64,000 nt of DNA from Eledone cirrhosa (lineage: Eukaryota), in the NCBI GenBank assembly GCA_964016885.1, contig OZ024741.1:359848001-359912000 (forward strand), read 5' to 3'. Every line of letters starts with the position of its first letter. Positions within the stretch are counted from its first letter, which is position 1. Below are positions 10,976 to 23,949 of the stretch, one piece after another. The notes under the pieces were generated by a model. It searched no databases and had not been told where the DNA came from. It saw only the letters and a list, made by a program, of their open reading frames with translations. A program made the position numbers and the translations under genes.

Positions 10976-13900
10976 TCATCATCATCATCATCATCATCAA
11001 CGTTTAACGTCCGTGTTCCACGCTTGCATGGGTTTGGACGGGGGTAGTCCCACTTGAGGCAAGAGTGATTGTCTTGCTCGCATAGGACTGTCTGGCAGGT
11101 TTTCTACAGTTGGATGCCCTTCCTAACACCAACCACATTTACAGTGTGGGTCTGGGAGGTTTTTACCGTGTTGCCTACACGGCCACATTACAGCGTGGAC
11201 TGTGTGTTTTTTGTCGTGACACCTACACGATCTCATTTGTTTCGGCCTGGATGGCGCGGCACCAACATAACTTTACATAGAACGGGGTGGTGTGGATGGG
11301 GTGGGGGTGGTGGCGGGACGGGGTGTATTTTGTTAGAGATGCCTACTGGCAAGGCGGGTCTTCTCTGTTACTGAGTACCGCCAAAGGTCACGGTCCAGTG
11401 ACATTGTCTTGGAGAGGTGTAAGTGTGTGAGGTCGGAGTTTATCAGCTCATCCCATGTTTTTCTAGGTCTGCCTATTCCGTGGCTACTGTCTATCTTTAT
11501 TGCCCTGCACTTTGTAATACAGCTATCGACTTTCATGCGCATCACGTGTCCATACCAACGCAGCCTTCTCTCGAGTAAACAACATCTGATCCCTCTTATC
11601 TCTAATTTTTTCCTTAGTTCGTTTATGCTTTGCCGTTCACGTATATTACTGTTACACATCCAGCGGAGCATGCAAGCTTCGTTCCTCTCTAGTCTGCGTA
11701 TATCCTCTGCACACAATGCCCAGGTCTCACTACCATGCAACATTGCTGTTCGTATGCAGGCATCGTACAACCTGCCTTTCATTTTTAGGGAGAACCCTTT
11801 AGCAGCTAATAGTGGTATAAGCTCTCTGAACTTTTTCCAACCAGTTCTGACTCTAGCTACAGTACTTTCAGAGCACCCTCCCCCACTGCTGATTTTATCG
11901 CCCAGGTAACGGAAGCTGTCCACTATTTCTATAGAACCCTCTGCGCAATTGAAAGAGCTAGTATTTTGTGGGCACTTGCTGCTACTTATTGCACCAGAAC
12001 ACCGGCCACATGTAAAGTCTATGTTCTTAGTTAGCTTACCTGTGATCCCACTACATCTTTTATGCACCCATACTTTGCATTTAGGACATAAGATGGAGTT
12101 TCTACCTACGCCTTTCCTACATACCGAGCACGACCATTTCCCAGAAGGGACCGCCGCCTTGTTTTCTTTCCTACAAACTAGAACTTTGGTCTTAGCCAGG
12201 TTAATTTTAAGTCCTTTTGACTCTAGGCCGTGCTTCCATGTTTGGAATTTCTTCTCTAGCTCGGCCATTGATTCCGCTATGAGTGTCAGGTCATCTGCGT
12301 ATAGGAGTTCCCATGGGCAGCCTGTCTTGAACTCCTCTGTTATAGCCTGAAGGGCAATAATAAATAGTAGGGGGCTGAGAACAGAGCCCTGATGGACGCC
12401 AACTTTTACGCTAAACTCTTCACTATATTCGTTGTTAATTCTAACCTTGCTGACTGTTTCTTTATACATGGCTTGTATAGCCCTCACAAGCCATTCGTCA
12501 ACGCCTAGTTTTCTAAGAGCCCACCAGATAATGGAGCGGGGGACTCTGTCGAAGGCTTTCTCCAGGTCGACAAAAGCTAAGTAGAGGGGTTTACCTTTAG
12601 CTAGGTACTTCTCCTGTAGTTGTCGTACTATGAAAAGAGCGTCTGTGGTGCTTTTGCCTGACACAAACCCGAACTGCATTTCATCTAGATCAATTCTCTC
12701 TCTGATTAGTTGCGCTATTACTTTTTCCGTGACCTTTATGACCTGGTCGATTAATTTAATGCCTCTATAGTTACTCCTATCTAGGGCGTCTCCTTTACCC
12801 TTATAACAGTTAACGATGATGCTGCTATGCCAGTCCTTCGGAACAACCCCATTCTGTACGACTTGGTTAACTATGCGGGTGACCATGGTGTGTCCCACCG
12901 TGCCAGATGCCTTCAGCATCTCAGCAACTATTTCCGAAGGCCCAGCCGCCTTACCAGTCTTCATATCCTTGATTGCCTTACTTATTATACTCCCCTCGAC
13001 TAACACTGCTGGTCCCTCTATCGGGTCGATATGGGGGAGACTGTCTTTCTCCCATTTATTCTCCTCATTTAGTAGCCTTTCATAGTGACACTTCCAAGCT
13101 ACCTTCTTATCAGTGTCGGTGATGTCAAGTATGCCATCATCGTTAAGTACACACTTCTCCCCGACAATATCACGGTTTTCCTTGACGCATTGCCTGGCAA
13201 TCCTGAACACCTCACGTTTTTGGTCATCGCGTTGTAGAACATGCTTGAACTTTCTTTCCTCAGCTTCCCTTCTTGCTAAGTACACTTCTCTCCTAGCTTC
13301 CCTCCTGGCCACTTGATAGTCTACTCTACTTCCCCCATCCCGCCATACTTTCCAAGCCTGCTTTTTGGCCTTAATTGACCCCTCCACCCTACTGTTCCAC
13401 CACCATGTTACTCTCCTCCTGCCTACAGGCCTGCTCCAGCCACAGACTTCGTCTGTCGCCAACAGCAGGTTTGCTTTCAGAAATTCCCACTGTCCCTCTA
13501 TATTGTCCGATTCTAGATGCTCTTCCTTACTGTCGAAAGCATCAAGTAATATGCTTTGAAATTTATTTCTGGCTGTGGGGTCCTTTAGTTTCCATATTTT
13601 CCTCCTGAGGATAGTCCTCTTCTGCTGTCGAGTACGTCTCGTCCTGACTATGAGGTCGCTAATTATCAGTCTATGTTGGGAGGTGCATTCTTCATGGGGG
13701 AGGGATTTAGTGTTTACAACAGACACTCTGTCACGTCTTCTGGTAAGGATATAATCTACCTGGCTTGTGTGTTCCCCGGATCTATAGGTGATCAGGTGAT
13801 TGTCACGTTTTTTGAAGTTAGTGTTACAGATAGTTAGGTTATTTGCATCACAGTATTCCAGGATTCTGGAGCCTTCCTCATTTCTAGTACCAAACCCATA

Positions 13901-14879
13901 GCCTCCATGGATTTCGTCGTAGCCGTCACAATGTTGTCCAACGTGACCATTTAGGTCGCCTGCAATAATTATATAGTCACTGTCAGATATTTGGGAGGTA
14001 GTTAGCAACAGTGTCTCATAGAATCTGTCTTTTATAGTGCCGGGCAGTCCGGATTGGGGTGCGTACGCAGATATTACTGTCACCGTAGTTCTATTGAGGA
14101 CAAGTCTTATTTTAATTATTCTGTCGTTCACTCTATTTACGTCTATTATCTTATCTGCCCACTTTTCTGCTACCATGATTCCTACTCCACCCAGCCCATC
14201 GTCGTTTCCCACCCAGAAAAGCTTATAACATCGTTTTTTACCCTCAATGAATCTAGCAGACCCACCCCTCCACCTGGTCTCTTGAATACAACAAACATCG
14301 ACCTCCTTACGTTCAAGCATTTCTACAACCTCGTTAGCGCGACCCTTTAGGGTGCCTACATTTATGGTACCAACTCTGAAGTTTTGGGTTGCGTTTGGAG
14401 GGTGGTGGTGGTGGGGGGCGGGAGGAGATAGGGTTATGTTAGCCATCCGCGGGCGAAACAAAGAAGAGTGCTCGCATTCTCGTCCACGAGGTGAATTTGA
14501 CTTTAACTTTGGCATTTTCGCTCTGAGCGTCCAGATTTTTCTCTCCCTTCCACTCTCCAGGATTCCGCAGTCCGTCCGTCCATCCATCCATCCATCATAT
14601 ATCGAAGGCAACCGGGCAAGCGATAGTATAGGCCTCTGGCTTATGATTTGGTCCGCGTAATAATAATAATGGTGATGCGTGGGGGTGGGGGGCTCTGGCT
14701 TATAATAATGATGGTGATGCGTGGGGGGGGGGGCTCTGGCTTATGATTGGTCCACGTATTAAGTATGGTGGTGTGTGGGGGCGGGAGGGAGGGGTGTGGG
14801 GTAGCTAGCTGGAAGGTTATGAATGTTTAACAAGCGATTTAACAAAAATCAAAACTGCAAGATTTGTTCTGTTCAATAC

Positions 14880-14882
<3 letters not shown>
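10976..14882 (-). mobile_element. Full-length RTE-clade LINE
   Basis: Single uninterrupted ORF, ~350-bp 3' UTR ending in (GAT)n, 5' UTR with short tandem repeats, both ends abutting (TA)n. Confidence 0.92.
11333..14611 (-). CDS. RTE ORF: AP-like endonuclease + reverse transcriptase + PHD-like Cys/His finger + RTE C-terminus
   Basis: GTINVGTL, CCIQETRW, AGDLNGH and SQVDY (APE); NYRGIKL, DLEKAFD, QGSVLSP and YADD (RT); CSVC...CPKC...HKRC...CGRC; RRLRWYGHVMRM...GRPRKTW. The true start is probably an internal ATG (MPKLKS or MANITL). Confidence 0.93.
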   Translation of the reverse strand: MPSIYDGWMDGRTDCGILESGRERKIWTLRAKMPKLKSNSPRGRECEHSSLFRPRMANITLSPPAPHHHHPPNATQNFRVGTINVGTLKGRANEVVEMLERKEVDVCCIQETRWRGGSARFIEGKKRCYKLFWVGNDDGLGGVGIMVAEKWADKIIDVNRVNDRIIKIRLVLNRTTVTVISAYAPQSGLPGTIKDRFYETLLLTTSQISDSDYIIIAGDLNGHVGQHCDGYDEIHGGYGFGTRNEEGSRILEYCDANNLTICNTNFKKRDNHLITYRSGEHTSQVDYILTRRRDRVSVVNTKSLPHEECTSQHRLIISDLIVRTRRTRQQKRTILRRKIWKLKDPTARNKFQSILLDAFDSKEEHLESDNIEGQWEFLKANLLLATDEVCGWSRPVGRRRVTWWWNSRVEGSIKAKKQAWKVWRDGGSRVDYQVARREARREVYLARREAEERKFKHVLQRDDQKREVFRIARQCVKENRDIVGEKCVLNDDGILDITDTDKKVAWKCHYERLLNEENKWEKDSLPHIDPIEGPAVLVEGSIISKAIKDMKTGKAAGPSEIVAEMLKASGTVGHTMVTRIVNQVVQNGVVPKDWHSSIIVNCYKGKGDALDRSNYRGIKLIDQVIKVTEKVIAQLIRERIDLDEMQFGFVSGKSTTDALFIVRQLQEKYLAKGKPLYLAFVDLEKAFDRVPRSIIWWALRKLGVDEWLVRAIQAMYKETVSKVRINNEYSEEFSVKVGVHQGSVLSPLLFIIALQAITEEFKTGCPWELLYADDLTLIAESMAELEKKFQTWKHGLESKGLKINLAKTKVLVCRKENKAAVPSGKWSCSVCRKGVGRNSILCPKCKVWVHKRCSGITGKLTKNIDFTCGRCSGAISSSKCPQNTSSFNCAEGSIEIVDSFRYLGDKISSGGGCSESTVARVRTGWKKFRELIPLLAAKGFSLKMKGRLYDACIRTAMLHGSETWALCAEDIRRLERNEACMLRWMCNSNIRERQSINELRKKLEIRGIRCCLLERRLRWYGHVMRMKVDSCITKCRAIKIDSSHGIGRPRKTWDELINSDLTHLHLSKTMSLDRDLWRYSVTEKTRLASRHL

Positions 14883-14957
<75 letters not shown>

Positions 14958-14958
<1 letters not shown>

Positions 14959-15270
14959 CATCATCATCATCATTTTACGTCCGCTTTTCCCTGCTTGCAA
15001 GGGTTGGATAAATCCTATTCAGCACAGCATCTCTCCACTTGTCACGGTCCTTCGTCATCTCCTCAGTGAGTTTCAGCGATCTGAGGTCTGCTCTCACCAC
15101 CTCCACCCATGTTTTTTGTGGTCTACCTCTACTGCGATTTCTTGGCACTTCTTTACCCAGCGGTCATCCTCCATGTGCATCACATGTCCATACCATCTCA
15201 GCCTTTTCTCCTGCACACCACAACTTATCCCTCTTATACCCAGTTTCATTCTCAACGTGTGTGTTAAAAA
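14958..15270 (-). mobile_element. Short 3' fragment of a related RTE
   Basis: KLGIRGISCGVQEKRLRWYGHVMHMEDDRWVKKC followed by a (GAT)n tail. Confidence 0.8.
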
Positions 15271-17786
15271 TATGACTATTCTCATTTTATCTTTTTCAGG
15301 TAACCCCTTTTTTTTATAACCCCTAAAGAGTTCTTTACTTTTTGTTTGAAAATGTTCACCAATGTTTCTAAACCTTTGATTATCTTCTAGATTAAGTGTT
15401 TGGGGTTTTTGGTGTATTATGGTAGGATGGAGCAATGGAATTGGTGCTTTGTTAGTGGAAATAAGGATTTCTACTTTAGACACAAGGCCACTCATTTTGG
15501 GGAAGAGAAAGTCAATTAAATCAACCCCAATGCTTGATTGGTACTTTATTTTATCAACCCCCCAAAAGATGAAAAGCAAAGTTGACCTTGATGGGATTTG
15601 AACTCAGAACGTAGAGAGCTGTAACAAATATTATTAGTGAAAATAATCATTTCTAGCATAGGCACAAGGCCAGCAATTTGTGGGAGGGGAAGATTGATTA
15701 AATTAAACCCAGTAATTTATTTATCTTATCAACCATGGAAGGATGAAAGGCAAAGTTGTCCTTGGCAGGATTTGAACTCAGAAAGTAAAGAACTAAAACA
15801 AATATTGCTCGGAATTTGTCTGATGCTCTAACAACTCCACCAGCCTTGTTAGTAGAAACAATGAAAGAGATAGAACTAGAACATAGTTTTGTTTTCAATA
15901 CATGTTGAAAATAAAAGATATTCCCCATACATACAAATATATATATATATACATTCAAAACATAAAATGGTTACTTATGTATGTATGTCAGGTCGCTCTT
16001 CAGCGCTACTGGTACATATAACATGTAACCCAGTATAACCTGTGCATGGTCGGGTCGTTGGCGTCTAAACCGGCAACCCCACCAAGCTTGCTTGATGAGG
16101 AGGGTGATTTTGGACACCCTGTGGTATGAAAAACAAAACCCATCAAAGGGCGGAGGAACTCAGGAGAGTCAACGGCCATCCAATAGAGTATTTTTTTTGA
16201 TGGAATGAGAGACTCTTCATTAAGACATCTATCTAGGAGAAGGTCACACTGATATAAAACCTGTGACTTCATTTGCATCCATTTATTTTTGGGCAAATGC
16301 ATTCGATTTTCAAAGAGTTTGATTGGTGTCATGCAAAGCCTTTCTTTGACATGACTGGCCATAGGTATGTCCCTAGCAGGACTAAAAAGCCACGTCCGTG
16401 GTGCTCATGCTTAAGGATCAAGCGATGGCAATACTTGAAATCGAGTTGCAGCCATCATGTATGTATTTATGTATGCATGTATGTTCAGGGTTTATAATTT
16501 TATGAATTTTTGCCCATAGAGAGAGAGTCAGTTTCTAACATAGACACAAGACTCTCTCATTGGAGTTTAGATAACATCAACTAGGTAGATATGTATGCAT
16601 GTCTGCATGCATGTGTGTCAGGTATAGATGTTATTGTATGTGTAGATGTGTACGTTTTGAGTTGTATGTGTGCATGTGCATATTCTTTGTATCTGTATGT
16701 GTGTACATGCAGTTAGTACATACAGAATTTTTGGAATGTTTCACTTATTTTTACTGTTCCATTAATGGATTGTACTTGTAATTTCCTAACTATGTATGTA
16801 TAACATTGGTACTTCATATTAGATTTAGACTACTTTATTTTTATTTGAAGGACATTTCTTTCTGGAACTGGTTTTGCAATGACTGTATTACTGTCTAACA
16901 GAGTTTACTTAAAAATAGTTTTTCATTGCCTTTTCCTGGGTGAGAAAAAAGCCCCCAAGAAAACTATGATTGATGGTGGTTAGTAGTGATGGTGGGAAGG
17001 AAGAAGCAAAAGGAATTGTGATTGTCATTCCCCCACCCCAACCCCTCAAATAATATCCTTCATCTACTCTGTGTTGTGCAACATATGGTTCATCCACACC
17101 CACCATATCTGTCCCTGGGCTGCAAAGGTTTTCTTTGTTGCTTTTCTTTTGTTTTTTATTGGATGGTTTTTTTTTTAGCAAACTAGTTTTTATGAGAAAT
17201 GGTTTACAGTTTATAGATACGCCTTACTCTTTTACCCAACTTGGGGCTAGGCTGACATCCTCATTTCAATGACAATAACCATATAGATCAGCTAATTCTG
17301 AGAGAGAGAGAGAGAGATGAACTGATCTCAGTATTAGCCCCAGAAAGATAAAAGCGAAAATTTATTTCAGTGAAATTTGAACTCAAACACAAAGATCTTG
17401 AATGAATACCACAAAACCTTTGTCCTATGCCCCAACAATTCTGCCAATCGACTGCCCAATCATACCCTATTGTCTTAAATAAGGAAAGAACATATCAAAT
17501 AATGTAGTCATACAAACTCATAAAAAGATCGGAAAAGATGAAATGGTTGCGGCTGGAATGTTTTGATTATGGTTTTGCTGTTAGGGTTGACTTACAATGA
17601 TTTAATTTTCACTTCTTAAAATAGGCTTACAGTCTCAGGATTCAAGTTGAAAGGAAGTTGGATGTTGTGATCTTCATGACTCTCTCACTGATCATATCTT
17701 TTTGTGGCTAAGTGTAAGAGTTGATGCCTGAGGTCTTCCCAAATTGAGCAGGCTTGTGATCAAAGGTATTCTAGACATTACCACAT

Positions 17787-18115
17787 GGCACATGGCTTAG
17801 TGGTTAGAGCGTCGGGCTTACAATCGTTAGGTTGTGAGTTTGATTCTTGAACTGGGCTTTGCATTGTGTTCTTGAGCCACTTGATTTCATGCTGCTCCAG
17901 TTCACTCAGCTGTAGAAATGAGGTGAGACATCACTGGTGCCAAGCTGTATCAGCCTTTGTCTTTCCCTTGGACAACATTGGTGGCATGGAGAGGGAAGAC
18001 TTGTATGTGTGGGTAACTGCTGGTCTTTCACAAACAACTTTGCCTGACTTGTGCTTCAGAGGGGAACTTTCTAGGAGCAAATCCCATGGTCATTCATGAC
18101 AGAAGGGGGTCTTTT
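17787..18115 (+). mobile_element. tRNA-derived SINE
   Basis: A-box tggcttagtggttagag and B-box-like gagtttgattc, followed by a conserved central core (cttgagc...cactcagctgtagaaatgag). Confidence 0.7.
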
Positions 18116-18581
18116 TACCACACCAGACACAGAATTTCTATGAATACATTATCCAATGTCTCCTACATTTTGAATCCTTCCGGATTTGGTCCTATGATAC
18201 TAAACTTTTTATTTTAAAGTGTTTATATTTTATGTAAGAAGCTTTCTTATGTTATATTCTAAACACAAGCTTATTAACAAGAAAATTAGTTATATTATTA
18301 AATTCCTCCAAATTCTTGATTATTTTCAATAATAAAAAAAAAATTATAGGCACTGTCTTTCATTAGAAATATGGTAACAAAAGGGTTAAGACACTATGCG
18401 CAATTTGAAGGGAACTTAGCTGTTATTTCTAGCAATTTGAGCGATCATGTAGAGGTTCTTTGTTGGTTTGTTAAATATATTTGCTATGGTGGCCCCAGCA
18501 CGACACCTGTGTCAAAATATAATCCATAAAACATTTATGATCTTAAGAAAGAACATCATACAAACATTTATTCCCTCCTCC

Positions 18582-18665
18582 TCATAAATATGAGGCGTTG
18601 TGTTTATACATAAATATGAGGCGTTGTGTTATACATAAATATGAGGCATTATGTTTATACATAAA
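18582..18665. repeat. 26-bp tandem repeat, ~3 copies
   Basis: cataaatatgaggcgttgtgtttata repeated. Confidence 0.8.
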
Positions 18666-18764
18666 AACCAATGAAGTATGCACAAAGGAACTGAAAACAT
18701 GAATATCAATATAAAGTATGGGAACATATGTTAAAGAGATGCTGGTCCCTGACCTGTCTGAGCA

Positions 18765-18804
<40 letters not shown>

Positions 18805-19290
18805 TTCATCCAATAACCTTTGGTTGAAACTGAAACTTCCTTTTGTTGTTTCTTTTGATACTACAACAGTCTCAGTTTCTCTGAAGCTGCTTCCATAGCT
18901 TTAATAGACAAGAAAAGCCTCAGATGTTGACTATCTTAGCATGATTTGAGGTCGAAATATCATGAATATTCAATAGGTTATAAGAATATGTGCAAAGCAA
19001 TGACACCAAACTGATTACAAGTTTAAAGGTCCTAACATATTGGACTAAACTTGAGGTTCTTGTTTTCCTTTCAGGGTTTCACTGACAGAGAAGAGTAGCC
19101 ATTCCAAAAATAGTGTAGTAAGGAGATTGTTAGGTGAAAATCGACCAACTAATTCAAGGAGAGACTTGGTAAATATTGGAAAAAATGTTAAATCTGAAAT
19201 GCCCATCTACAGTAATATGCGCACGGGACACATTATGAACAGATGAGAATTTACAAGTGTTTGCTTATCAGACCCAAAGCTTTGTATGCA

Positions 19291-19356
<66 letters not shown>

Positions 19357-19556
19357 TATGCAATGTGTATGTCCTAAACACAGAAAATAACTGTAGTAAC
19401 AGTCAATCACTATAGATTATAGTAGTGATTCTGTCTACTTTTTTCTGCTCTAAGAGTAATTTACCTAATCTTCTCAGTTATTATCTATACTGATTGATTG
19501 TTATTAAAGTTATTATTTTCGTTTTGAACGCTCACATTTTCAAATGCTTCCAGTGC

Positions 19557-19614
<58 letters not shown>

Positions 19615-20303
19615 CATGATTTTCTTCTTAACCTTCAGCAAGCTCTAGGCACATTATGTTGCCATTTGAGTAACCTCCCCTTAATACATAATGCAATTCA
19701 AAAGATTTCTAGCATGCTAAAGGTTAACAAAGTATCCAATAGATATTTTAAGTAATGTCATATCCTAGCTGTACCCCAAAGGAGTGAACTTTAGTGCAAT
19801 ATTTTGTTTTTACAGGGATGAATGTGGAGAAAGAGTATCGTGTTGGATGGGGGAAATAAGTAAAAGTGATAACTTTTAACTGGAAATGACAGTTTTAAAC
19901 ACTAATTTAGTGATAGCCTCAAGTGGCTCTCTTGAATAAACAACTTCACAAGCCTGTCATTGCAGATCCGCAGTTAATCTATCTATGCATCCTTAACTCC
20001 TGATGAACACAGTCGATATATTCCAGAGAAAGAGAGATAGAAGAGGAATCGACCCCAGTACTGGACAGGTAATTTATTGATTAACTTTAAAAGGATGAAA
20101 GTGGTTTTTAAACTCAGAGTCCAGAGAGTCAGAACACTACATAAATATATGCATCCTTTTTTTAGAGAGATTTAGCTGCTTTTTCTAGCTGGTTAAGTAA
20201 GCAATTACATAGAGGCTTCTGTATTGTCTAAAAAAACAGAGTTGCTTGTGTGAGGAGGTGAGGCAATACAAGCAGTTGCTAGCAATTATTTGGCAAGTCA
20301 TCC

Positions 20304-20514
20304 TTAACCCTTTAGCATTTACATTACTCTATATTTACTATTGTATTTTCATGGTAAACACTTTATTTCACATAATATCAAATCTACGAGATTTTGATAT
20401 TTATTTTGAGAACAATACCTTAACATGTATGAGCAGCCGGTTATGGCTGGTTTGAACTGAAAGAAGTAAGTGAATTCTGGCCGTATATGGCCGGTTTAAA
20501 TGCTAAAGAGTTAA
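20304..20514. mobile_element. piggyBac-like MITE (other copies at 27241-27457 and 57497-57712)
   Basis: TTAA-CCCTTTAGCATT...AATGCTAAAG(G/A)G-TTAA termini; three homologous ~210-bp copies in the window. Confidence 0.75.
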
Positions 20515-21059
20515 TCATAATTTTTTATGCTTTCCATGCTTGCATTGGTTGGATTTGTAAATCTACAAAAAGTTTGGTAATGTGAAATATATCATTATAC
20601 AAGCATGTTTTAGGAAAAGAGAGTTGAAATTGCAGGAACCAAATTTTAGATAGTTTCTGGGATCTATAAAGTTTGGTTATTTGCTCTACTGAGTTCAATT
20701 CCTGCTGGAGTCAAATTTGCCCTCCATTACTTGGGAGTTGATCAACAAGTGCCTCTAATAAATTAAGGTTGTATATATTGTGCCTAAGAATAAAAAACAG
20801 TATTTGTACTTAGCCCCCCCCCCCCCCCCCACTCCTCGCAATAATAATAATTACATAATATATATGTGTTTGTTTGTGTATATCTTTGTGTTTGTTTATC
20901 TCCCATAGCATAGCAGTTTGACAACAAGAGATCAATAAAATAAGTACTAGACTTGAAAACATTCAGTACTGGGGTCAATATAATTGACTGCATCCCTTCA
21001 AGGTGGTGACCAACATGGCAACAGTCTAATGACTGAAACCAATAAAAAAACGAGGATTT

Positions 21060-21965
21060 TTAATTGGCCTCAGTACTTGATTGGTACCTTTTTAAATTAA
21101 CTTTGGAAAGCTGAAAAGCAAAGTTAACGCTTTATCAAGATTTGAACATAGAATGTAAAGGGATAATAGCTAAATTCCACATGGCATTTAGTCAGGTAAT
21201 CTACCATTTCTACTATCCACCCCCTTAATAATAATAATAATGGTTTCTGATTTAGGCACAAGGCCAACATTTTAGGGGAGGAGAAAGTCAATTAAATCGA
21301 CCCCTGTGCATTACTGGTACTTTATTTTATTAACCCCATAAGGATGAAAGGTAAAGCTAACCTTGGCAGGATTTCAACTCAGAATGTAAAGGGACATAAC
21401 TATATGCAGCAAAGCATGTTGTCTGATACTCTTACCATTCTGCTAATCCACTGCCCTGAATAATGGATCCTGATGTAGGCACAAGGCCAACAACTTTTTG
21501 GGATGGGAAAGTCGATTAAATCGACCCCAGTGCATTACTGGTACTTTATTTTATTGACCTCATAAGGATGAAAAGCAAAGCTAATCTTGGTGGAATTTGA
21601 ACTCAGAATGTAAAGGGATGTAACTATATGTAACACAGAATGTATGATACTCTTACAATCTGTCAATTCACTGCCTCGAATAATAATAATTGTTTCTATT
21701 TTTGGCACAAGGCCAGCAATTACCCAGTGTATTACTGGTTCTTTATTTTATTGACCCCGTAAGGATGAAAGGCAAAGTTAACCTCGGCGGGATTTGAACT
21801 CAGAATGGCAAGGGCCGTAACTCTATGCGTCAAAGCATGGCGTCCGACCCTCTACCGATACTGCCAATCCAATAATAATGATAATGATTTCTAACATAGG
21901 TACAAAGCCACACATTTAGAGGAAGGCACAGCCAGTTAAATCAATCCCGTTAAATGACTGGTACT
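21060..21965 (-). mobile_element. Cluster of tandem Nin/Deu-domain-like tRNA SINE copies
   Basis: Repeated ...gccttTCATCCTTacggGGTCGATAAAataaagtaccag core (reverse complement) with a gagttcaaatcc B-box. Other copies near 250-420, 15470-15840, 31870, 35620-35800 and 39240-39775. Confidence 0.7.
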
Positions 21966-22822
21966 TAGGTTATCTGTTGGAACAACTCAACTGGAACACT
22001 CATTATCGGAACCAATGGAGGTCCAACTTACATGTTTTAAGAATCTTTGTTAAGTTATGCTCCAAACATCAACTTAATAATGAGAAAGTTAGTTAAATCC
22101 TTTGAAATTCTTGAATAATTTCAAAATTATTTGTAAATCATAAGCAGTTTCTTTCATTAAAAAATATGGTAATGAAAGGGAACTAACAAGTACTTAGCTA
22201 TGTAAAGATAAGTAGTATATGGTCAGAGATAAGGTAGCTTACCATTACTATAAGAAGAAACATGAAAGGAAGTATTCTGTATAAAGTTACAATGCCCTAC
22301 ATACTAATATGTGATTGTATGGGCTAACAAGGGAACCTCTATTTTGGTGATTTGAGCTGCTAGAAATGAGATTTGGTTGCTATTTTTTGACTGAGCATAC
22401 CTATGATCCAAGTTATTGCAGCCATAACCATCTTGCCCTTTTCTTAGGTATTGCATATTATCCAATGTGTTGGTGAACTTTTTAAGACAGTGGAGAAAAA
22501 TTTGGTTGCTATTTCTAGCAGGTTGAGAAACCATGTAAAGCCAACCCATACCACCACTATCACCACCACCATGATCAACACCACTAACACCATATTGGCA
22601 TGCAAATGTGATGCAGTATGGTAAATAGAAATGAACATTTCATGTACAGGATCTGTAGGAGTTAAGAATAAGATAAAGCAAGTAAGATTTTTATTTATAT
22701 GCTGCAACATTAATTTGTATGTAAGCTAGAGCATAAATGACCCAAGACAGAAACTAGGCATTAAAGGCAATAGCTGGTGTAAACATGTGATGCAGAGGTC
22801 AAACAGTGATTAGGGCAGGAAG

Positions 22823-23021
22823 NNNNNNNNNNNNNNNNNNNNNNNNNNNNNNNNNNNNNNNNNNNNNNNNNNNNNNNNNNNNNNNNNNNNNNNNNNNNNN
22901 NNNNNNNNNNNNNNNNNNNNNNNNNNNNNNNNNNNNNNNNNNNNNNNNNNNNNNNNNNNNNNNNNNNNNNNNNNNNNNNNNNNNNNNNNNNNNNNNNNNN
23001 NNNNNNNNNNNNNNNNNNNNN
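22823..23021. other. Assembly gap (N run)
   Basis: About 200 Ns. Confidence 1.
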
Positions 23022-23060
23022 NTCTATCATCTACACCAGCCCATTCACTAAACCCCTGGG

Positions 23061-23241
23061 CAATGCCGGATTTACCATTGTGCTTAGGTGTGCTTAAGCA
23101 CAGTGCCCCATTGGCCAGTGAAGTAGGGGCGAGTGTGCTCAGCTTCCTGCCCCTCCAAATATTTTACCTCCTTCAGGGCCCAAGTAAGGGGCCTCATAAT
23201 TTAACTAGCACAAGGCCTCATTTGTCCCAAATCTGGCACTG
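23061..23241. mobile_element. hAT-type MITE
   Basis: TIRs caatgccggattt / aaatctggcactg; imperfect 8-bp TSD cccctggg / cctctggc. Confidence 0.6.
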
Positions 23242-23590
23242 CCTCTGGCTTTCATTTCCCTCTCCATCATCTTTAGCAATGTCTTTCTCGGTCTTCCCGT
23301 TCTTCTACTTCCTTTCACATTCATTTCCACCACTCCTCTCCCCCAGTCACTTTCATCTTTCCTTTACACATGTTCCAACTGTCTCATTCCATTTGTCTTC
23401 ACAACATTCACCATTGGCTCTAGTCTCTTCATTCTTTGAAAACCATTGTTGTCTTCCTTTAAATGCACACACACATGCACACACTTTTACACATACACAG
23501 TTACATAAAAACACATGCAAGCACATATATGTACTAAATTCTAAATTTCTTGGAGTGAGGTGTTGTGTTGAGCTGCAGAGTTTCACAAAC

Positions 23591-23773
23591 CTTGAGTTCC
23601 TTCAAGAAAATGACGCCGCTTTGGCCGAAATCGTTCACACCCCGAAATGTCCCACACCAGGAAGATGCGGCCATCTCGGGTGATTATCTTCTCCACATTA
23701 AATTCCAAAGTTGGGTGTGTACTCACAACAGCCTGTTGTCCCAGAAGCCATGAATACAGCAGATGTGTTTTAC
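23591..23773 (-). CDS. ARF/ARL-family small GTPase, coding exon 2
   Basis: Acceptor ttgcag|GTAAAACA and donor CAAG|gtttgt; encodes (G)KTHLLYSWLLGQQAVVSTHPTLEFNVEKIITRDGRIFLVWDISGCERFRPKRRHFLEGTQ(G), colinear with ARF1 [26 protein letters not shown]...WDVGGQ...RHYFQNTQG; phase matches exon 1. Confidence 0.88.
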
Positions 23774-23949
23774 CTGCAAGTACATGATAAATCACATGGT
23801 AACTCCATGGCCATACTTCTAGTGACATACACTCTATTTCAATTAATTTTTGAGAGGGAGAAAATTAATAAATGAGTTTGAACTAAACTAGCAACAATGT
23901 CAATTGGGTTGTAACATTCAAGTGAGAAATTTATAATAATTTAAAAGAA

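Noticed and set aside
11409-14660. Many plus-strand ORFs of 60-170 aa
   Set aside because: Antisense shadows of the RTE ORF.
17787-17860. Possible tRNA gene (also 52804-52875)
   Set aside because: Degenerate cloverleaf that continues into a SINE core; a SINE head rather than a functional tRNA.
18820-19168. Short open segments with splice-like edges (plus 19075-19168; minus ~18818-18900)
   Set aside because: No recognisable protein similarity and no partner exons; expected by chance.
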